A model generated the notes under the pieces. The model searched no databases. It was not told the origin of the DNA and saw only the letters and a list, made by a program, of their open reading frames with translations. A stretch of 64,000 bases of DNA, from NCBI GenBank assembly GCA_964016885.1, contig OZ024742.1, positions 33,108,001 to 33,172,000 on the forward strand. Direction: 5' to 3'. The stretch comes from Eledone cirrhosa. Taxonomy: Eukaryota. Below are positions 57,174 to 64,000 of the stretch, piece by piece; the stretch's first letter is position 1, and every line of letters starts with the position of its first letter. The translations under genes and the position numbers were made by a program.

Positions 57174-58174
57174 TATAAATATATATATATATGTATATAT
57201 ATATATATGTATATATGTATATATATATATCATCATCATCATCAACGTTTAACGTCCGTGTTCCACGCTTGCATGGGTTTGGACGGGGGTTTTCCCACTT
57301 GAGGCAAGAGTGATTGTCTTGCTCGCATAGGACTGTCTGGCGGGTTTTCTACAGCTGGATGCCCTTCCTAACACCAACCACATTTACAGTGTGGGGCTGG
57401 GAGATTTTTACCGTGTTGCCTACACGGCCACATTACAGTGTGGACTGTGTGTTTTTTTGTCGTGACACCTACACGATCTAATTTGTTTCGGCCTGGATGT
57501 TGTGGCACCAACATAACTTTACATTGAAAGGGGCGGTGTGGATGGGGTGGGGGTGGCGGGACGGGGGTGTATTTTGTTAGAGATGCCTACTGGCTGTAGT
57601 AGGTTTTACTTTGTATTTAGGTAAGGCGGGTCTTCTCTATTACTGAGTACCGCCAAAGGTCTCGGTCAAGTGACATTGTCTTGGAGAGGTGTAAGTGTGT
57701 GAGGTCGGAATTTATCAGCTCGTCCCAGGTTTTTCTGGGTCTGCCTACTCCGTAGCTACCGTCTATCTTTATTGCCCTGCACTTTGTTATACAGCTGTCG
57801 CCTTTCATGCGCATCACGTGACCATACCAACGTAGCCTTCTCTCGAGTAAACAACATCTGATCCCTCTTATTTCTAATTTTTTCCTTAGTTCGTTTATGC
57901 TTTGCCGTTCACGTATGTTACTGTTACACATCCAGCGGAGCATGCAAGCTTCGTTCCTCTCTAGTCTGCGTATATCCTCTGCACACAATGCCCAGGTCCC
58001 ACTGCCATGCAACATTGCTGTTCGTATGCAGGCATCATACAACCTGCCTTTCATTTTTAGGGAGAACCCTTTAGCAGCTAATAGTGGTATAAGCTCTCTG
58101 AACTTTTTCCATCCAGTTCTGACTCTAGCTACTGTACTTTCAGAGCACCCTCCCCCACTGCTGATTTTGTCACC
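56592..58174 (-). mobile_element. Duplicates of the two RTE fragments (56592-57123 and 57230-58174)
   Basis: Sequence identity at offset 2213. Confidence 0.93.
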
Positions 58175-58175
58175 C

Positions 58176-58430
<255 letters not shown>

Positions 58431-58431
58431 A

Positions 58432-58495
<64 letters not shown>

Positions 58496-58496
58496 G

Positions 58497-58528
<32 letters not shown>

Positions 58529-58771
58529 GAACACATATCCCCTAACCTTAATGGCCATAGATGCAGCCCTTGTCTCTCAGAGAAGCATAATATTCTATTA
58601 CAGCTTTTTACAATTTTGAATAAAAAATCAGATCTGGAGAATTTTTTCAGTTATTCCAATCAATATCTAGTGAGGAATTTTCCAAATTTTCACAGGTTAA
58701 AAATGTTTGCTTTTCCACATATTGGATTTGCCATAATTTGAAAGATCGTTACATACTGACAAATATATACA

Positions 58772-58900
58772 CATGGCTTAGTGGTTAGAGCATTGGGCTT
58801 GCAATCAAACGGTTGTGAGTTCAATTCTAGGACCAGGTGATGTGTTGCTTCCTTGAGCAAGACACTTTATTTCACATTGCTCCAGTTTACTCAGCTGTAG
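58772..58900 (+). mobile_element. tRNA-derived SINE (family A)
   Basis: TGGCTTAGTGG, GAGTTCAATTC and CCTTGAGCAAGACACTTTATTTC. Confidence 0.85.
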
Positions 58901-58934
58901 AAATGAAATGATAGGACTGGGGTCCCTATCATTC

Positions 58935-59172
58935 CACTGCAAAAAAGCACCAAGTCCACATTGTAAAGTGAACATGTAGGTGCCACGGCAAAAAAGCACC
59001 CAGCACTCACTGTAAATTGTGTTGGTGTTAGGAAGCTGTAGAAATCAAGCCAGAATCAGTTCCCGTATGAGCAAGACAAGGTCAGCCGACTGGACACTGC
59101 CCACAACAGGACAACCCGTCTAACACATGCTAGCGTGGAAGAACGGACGTAAAACGGTGATGATGAGGATGA
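58935..59172 (+). mobile_element. RTE 3' UTR and tail (subfamily 2)
   Basis: Matches 50015-50250. Confidence 0.85.
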
Positions 59173-59459
59173 TTCAGCTTTCATCAACATTAAAACTGCA
59201 TTAACAATATTTGCCTTCTCTACTTTTGTGAATTTTACACATATAAATATCACATTTTAGCTTGTGAATAGATGAATATATCATGCACCCTATGCATAAC
59301 AATCAAATAATTGAATGTGATACATTTTCTAACAGTTCTTTGGAAACCAATCAAATCTAAATGACTAATCATATCTTGAGTTTACAAATATTTTTGGTTA
59401 TATATTGTTACATTGTTTGAATAATCTGCAACATGAAACTCAGATCAAGAAGCTTCAGT

Positions 59460-60455
59460 TTTATGGACCTCGACTACAGAAGACCTGTGGAGGCTAGAAA
59501 GAAATGAATTAAGTATGCTCTGATGGATGTGTAATGTTAGTGTGCATAAATGACATAGCATAGGAAAATTGACGGAAAAGCTTGGCATAAGAGGAATTGG
59601 ATGTAGTATGCAAGAGAGAAGACTGCAATGGTATGGAAGATAGCAGTTGCATAAAAAAATGCAGAAAACTCCAGTGGAAGAGGCAGATCCAGGAAGACTT
59701 GGGACGAGGTTGTGAAGATTGACCTTAAAAAACTAAACCTCACAACACAGATGACTGTGAGGTCCGATGCTATGCTATGCTGGTCAACAGCATACAATGT
59801 GGCCTGACTTATCTCCGTGTCCCCTCCCCTCCCCACTAGTACTCCCTAGCATCTATCCTCCCCATCACTAAACCCTCTGCTCCATCCATGCCCACTCCAG
59901 TATCATACCATAGCTGCTTCCACCTCTAAAAACCTTAGATACCCACACTATTGCACCCCTTATGCACCTCACCCATGCCCCCTCGATTATTCATTCCATC
60001 AGTACATCTCCCGTTTCCGGCACTGATAAATGCCCCTCCCTAGCTACTGACCAAACCATCCATGCCTCACTCCCCACCACTATCTCTTTAGGTGCTCTCA
60101 CCTCCCTATGCTATCAAAAGTCACCCCTTTCCCTTCTCCCTCATCACCCTTTTAAGCCACACCACACTTACCATAACCATACTTTTCTCCCTTCTATCGC
60201 TCCCAGCCAAAACCTCACAGAGCAGAGAGGACAAGGACCAACAACCTCTTGAGTATTGATGTCACGAAAATGCACCAGTACACCCTGTAAGGTGGATGGT
60301 GACAGGAAGAGTAACTTGCTATAGAAACCCTATCTAAAAAGGGTTGAGAAGATCCTGCAATCATGTTAGAGTGTGACAACGTCCGTCTAATCTCAGATTG
60401 TGATAGCCTGCACAATCCAAGCCAGCATGGAAAACAGGCATAAAATGGTGACGAG
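59460..60455 (+). mobile_element. Old degenerate RTE 3' portion
   Basis: RLERNELSML*WMCN, QERRLQWYG, GRSRKTWDEVVK, with a decayed tail near 60420-60455. Confidence 0.65.
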
Positions 60456-61228
60456 GGACATAGGCAAGAGAAACATTTTGTCCTCTTCATACCTGCACCC
60501 CTCTTCACAACCCTCTTGCTACATTTCTGATTGTTTGCTGTCTGTCCATCCACAATTCAAGCCATAAAATAAGTAAAAATGGAAATTACTCCAATCCTAA
60601 TGTATTTTTGTTATTTCTTTTTCAAACACAGAATTAATCTCTTAACTTTTTTCTTTTAGAATATAGTTATTGCTATTTCTTTTTTATCTGTTTGTGCCAT
60701 GATGTTATTTTTTTATCTCCTCACCATTCCATTTTATGTCATCATTTTAGTTCAGGGGGCCAAAATATTTCAATATATGATGGATAGAAGATGACTGAAT
60801 GGAATTGATGTGATGTTGTTGTTGTTGGTGTTGGAGATAGACAGTAGTAGCAGCAGCAGTAAAGATAATAATTTTAGTGTGGTGTGATGTGAGAGTAAGG
60901 GAGAATAAAGTGGTTTGGTTCAGAGAGTAGATGTGACATCAACAAAGATAAAAAAGAAAAAGATATAAGAAAATCAACTTAGGAGTGAAAAAAGGAATCT
61001 TGTATGTGTGCCTGTGTGTGTGTGTGTGAGAGAGAAAGAGAGAGAGAGGGAGAGAGAGAAGGAGGCAGAGACAGATAGAGGTGAGTGATTGAGGGAGTTT
61101 TGATTCTATGTGAATGGGTATGCATTTGTGTGTATGCATCTGTATGTGTGTGTGTGTATGTATGTGAAGTGGTTTTACGTGATTTAAGGTGTGTTCTGAA
61201 GTTGTTTTTCAGTGTGTTTGTGTGTCTG

Positions 61229-63807
61229 TCATCATCATCTTCATCATCGTTTAACGTCCGTGTTCCACGCTTGCATGGGTTTGGACGGGAGTTTTCCCAC
61301 TTGAGGCAAGAGTGATTGTCTTGCTTGCATAGGACTGTCTGGCGGGTTTTCTACAGCTGGATGCCCTTCCTAACACCAACCACATTTACAGTGTGGGGCT
61401 GGGAGGTTTTTACCGTGTTGCCTACACGGCCACATTACAGCGTGGACTGTGTGTTATTTTGTCGTGACACCTACACGATCTCATTTGTTTCGGCCTGGAT
61501 GTTGTGGCACCAACATAACTTTACATTGAAAGGGGCGGTGTGGATGGGGTGGAGGTGGTGGGACGGGGGGGTGTTTTGATAGAGATGCCTACTGACTGTA
61601 GTAGGTTTTACTTTGTATTTAGGTAAGGCGGGTCTTCTCTATTACTGAGTACCGCCAAAGGTCTCGGTCCAGTGACATTGTCTTGGAGAGGTGTAAGTGT
61701 GTGAGGTCGGAATTTATCAGCTCGTCCCAGGTTTTTCTGGGTCTGCCTACTCCGTAGCTACCGTCTATCTTTATTGCCCTGCACTTTGTTATACAGCTGT
61801 CGTCTTTCATGCGCATCACGTGACCATACCAACATAGCCTTCTCTCGAGTAAACAACATCTGATCCCTCTTATTTCTAATTTTTTCCTTAGTTCGCTTAT
61901 GCTTTGCTGTTCACGTATATTACTATTGCACATCCAGCGGAGCATGCAAGCTTCGTTCCTCTCTAGTCTGCGTATATCCTCTGCACACAATGCCCAGGTC
62001 TCACTGCCATGCAACATTGCTGTTCGTATGCAGGCATCATACAACCTGCCTTTCATTTTTAGGGAGAACCCTTTAGTGGCTAATAGTGGTATAAGCTCTC
62101 TGAACTTTTTCCATCCAGTTCTGATTCTAGCTACTGTACTTTCAGAGCACCCTCCCCCACTGCTGATTTTGTCACCCAGGTAACGGAAGCTGTCCACTAT
62201 TTCTATAGAACCCTCTGCGCAATTGAAAGAGCTAGTATTTTGTGGGCACTTGCTGCTACTTATTGCACCAGAGGACCGGCCACATGTAAAATCTATGTTC
62301 TTAGTTAGCTTACCTGTGATCCCACTACATCTTTTATGCACCCATACTTTGCATTTGGGACATAAAATGGAGTTTCTACCTACGCCTTTCCTACACACTG
62401 AGCATGGCCATTTCCCGGAAGGGACCGTCGCCTTATTTTCTTTCCTACAAACTAGAACTTTAGTCTTAGCCAGGTTAATTTTAAGGCCTTTTGATTCTAG
62501 GCTGTGCTTCCATGTTTGGAATTTCTTCTCTAGCTCGGCCATTGATTCAGCTATGAGCATTAGATCATCTGCGTATAGGAGTTCCCATGTGCAGCCGGTC
62601 TTGAACTCCACTGTTATAACCTGAAGGGCAATAATAAATAGTAGGGGGCTAAGAACAGAGCCCTGATGAACACCAACTTTTACACTAAACTCTTCACTAT
62701 ATTCGTTGTTAATTCTAACCTTGCTGACTGTTTCTTTATACATGGCTTGTATAGCTCTCACAAGCCATTCGTCAACACCTAGTTTTCTAAGAGCCCACCA
62801 GATAATGGAACGGGGGACTCTGTCGAAGGCTTTCTCCAAGTCAACAAAAGCTAAGTATAGGGGTTTACTTTTAGCTAGGTACTTCTCCTGTAGTTGTCGT
62901 ACAATGAAAAGAGCGTCTGTGGTACTTTTGCCTGACACAAAACCGAACTGCATTTCATCTAGATCAATTCTCTCTCTGATTAGTTGCGCTATTACTTTTT
63001 CCGTGACCTTCATGACCTGGTCGATTAATTTAATGCCTCTATAGTTACTCCTATCTAGGGCATCTCCTTTACCCTTGTAACAGTTAATGATGATGCTGCT
63101 ACGCCAGTCCTTCGGAACAACCCCATTCTGTATGACTTGGTTTACTATCCGGGTGACCCACCGTTCCAGAGGCTTTCAGCATCTCAGCAACTATTTCCGA
63201 AGGCCCAGCCGCCTTACCCATCTTCATATCTTTGATTGCCTTACTTATTATACTACCCTCGACTAACACTGCCGGTCCCTCTATTGGGTCGATGTGGGGG
63301 AGACTGTCTTTCTCCCATTTATTCTCCTCATTTAGAAGCCTTTCGTAGTGACACTTCCAAGCTACCTTCTTATCAGCGTCAGTGATGGCAAGTACGCCAT
63401 CATCATTAAGTACACACTTCTCCCCGACAATATCACGGTTTTCCTTGACACATTGCCTAGCAATCCTGAACACCTCACGTTTTTGGTCCTCACGTTGTAG
63501 AACATGCTTGAACTTTCTTTCCTCTGCTTCCCTTCTTGCGAAGTACACTTGTCTCCTAGCTTCCCTCCTGGCCACTTGATAGTCTTCTCTACTTCCTCCA
63601 TCCCGCCATACTTTCCAAGCCTGCTTTTTGGCCTTAATTGACTCCTCCACCTTACTGTTCCACCACCATGTTACTCTCCTCCTACCTACAGGCCTGCTCC
63701 AGCCACAGACTTCGTCTGCCGCCGTCAGCAGGTTTGCTTTCAGTAATTCCCATTGTTCCTCTATATTATCTGACTCTAATTGCTCTTCCTTACTTGAAAG
63801 CATCAAG
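61229..63807 (-). mobile_element. 5'-truncated young RTE LINE (RT region, frameshift near 63150)
   Basis: ORFs 63099-63806 and 61619-63013 carry all RT motifs. (CAT)n tail at 61229. Confidence 0.96.
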
Positions 63808-64000
63808 TAACATGCTTTGAAATTTATTTCTGTCTATATGTATACCTAAACTAAGAAATAGATAGCTGTTGTTTAGCTGTTAGTTGGCTCAAATTGAGCT
63901 CTTAGTTGGCTCATTTGACCTATGATCAAATGCATTCCAGCCATGACCATCTAGACTTTTAGAAGCATAGTGATTCTAGAAAAACACTATCCAATGTGTT

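Overview
Eukaryotic, AT-rich, microsatellite-saturated genomic DNA. The repeat content (RTE LINEs with (GAT)n tails, tRNA-derived SINEs, very long (TA)n tracts) resembles a coleoid cephalopod such as Octopus; this is inference. The only host-gene signal is two phase-compatible minus-strand exons (28250-28108 and 21633-21537) of an ankyrin-repeat DHHC palmitoyltransferase resembling Drosophila Patsas, so the window is probably mostly intron. It holds about 8 young and several old RTE copies whose RT carries an inserted C4HC3 PHD-like finger. It also holds two decayed Penelope-like elements (PLEs; one RT + GIY-YIG, one linker + GIY-YIG only), a CR1 3' end, a non-autonomous Helitron, MITEs, SINEs, satellites and a 2213-bp tandem duplication. 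The most striking pattern is about ten short, mostly unrelated inserts in (TA)n tracts. Most are built as an inverted repeat plus a one-sided tail, most carry complete or partial hammerhead ribozyme motifs, and nearly all share a GAGTRC-like tail motif 30-60 nt from the (TA)n junction. Several inversion junctions fall on hammerhead stems or the cleavage site, which suggests ribozyme-guided fold-back or template switching during PLE integration. Almost all long ORFs in the track over simple repeats are artefacts.
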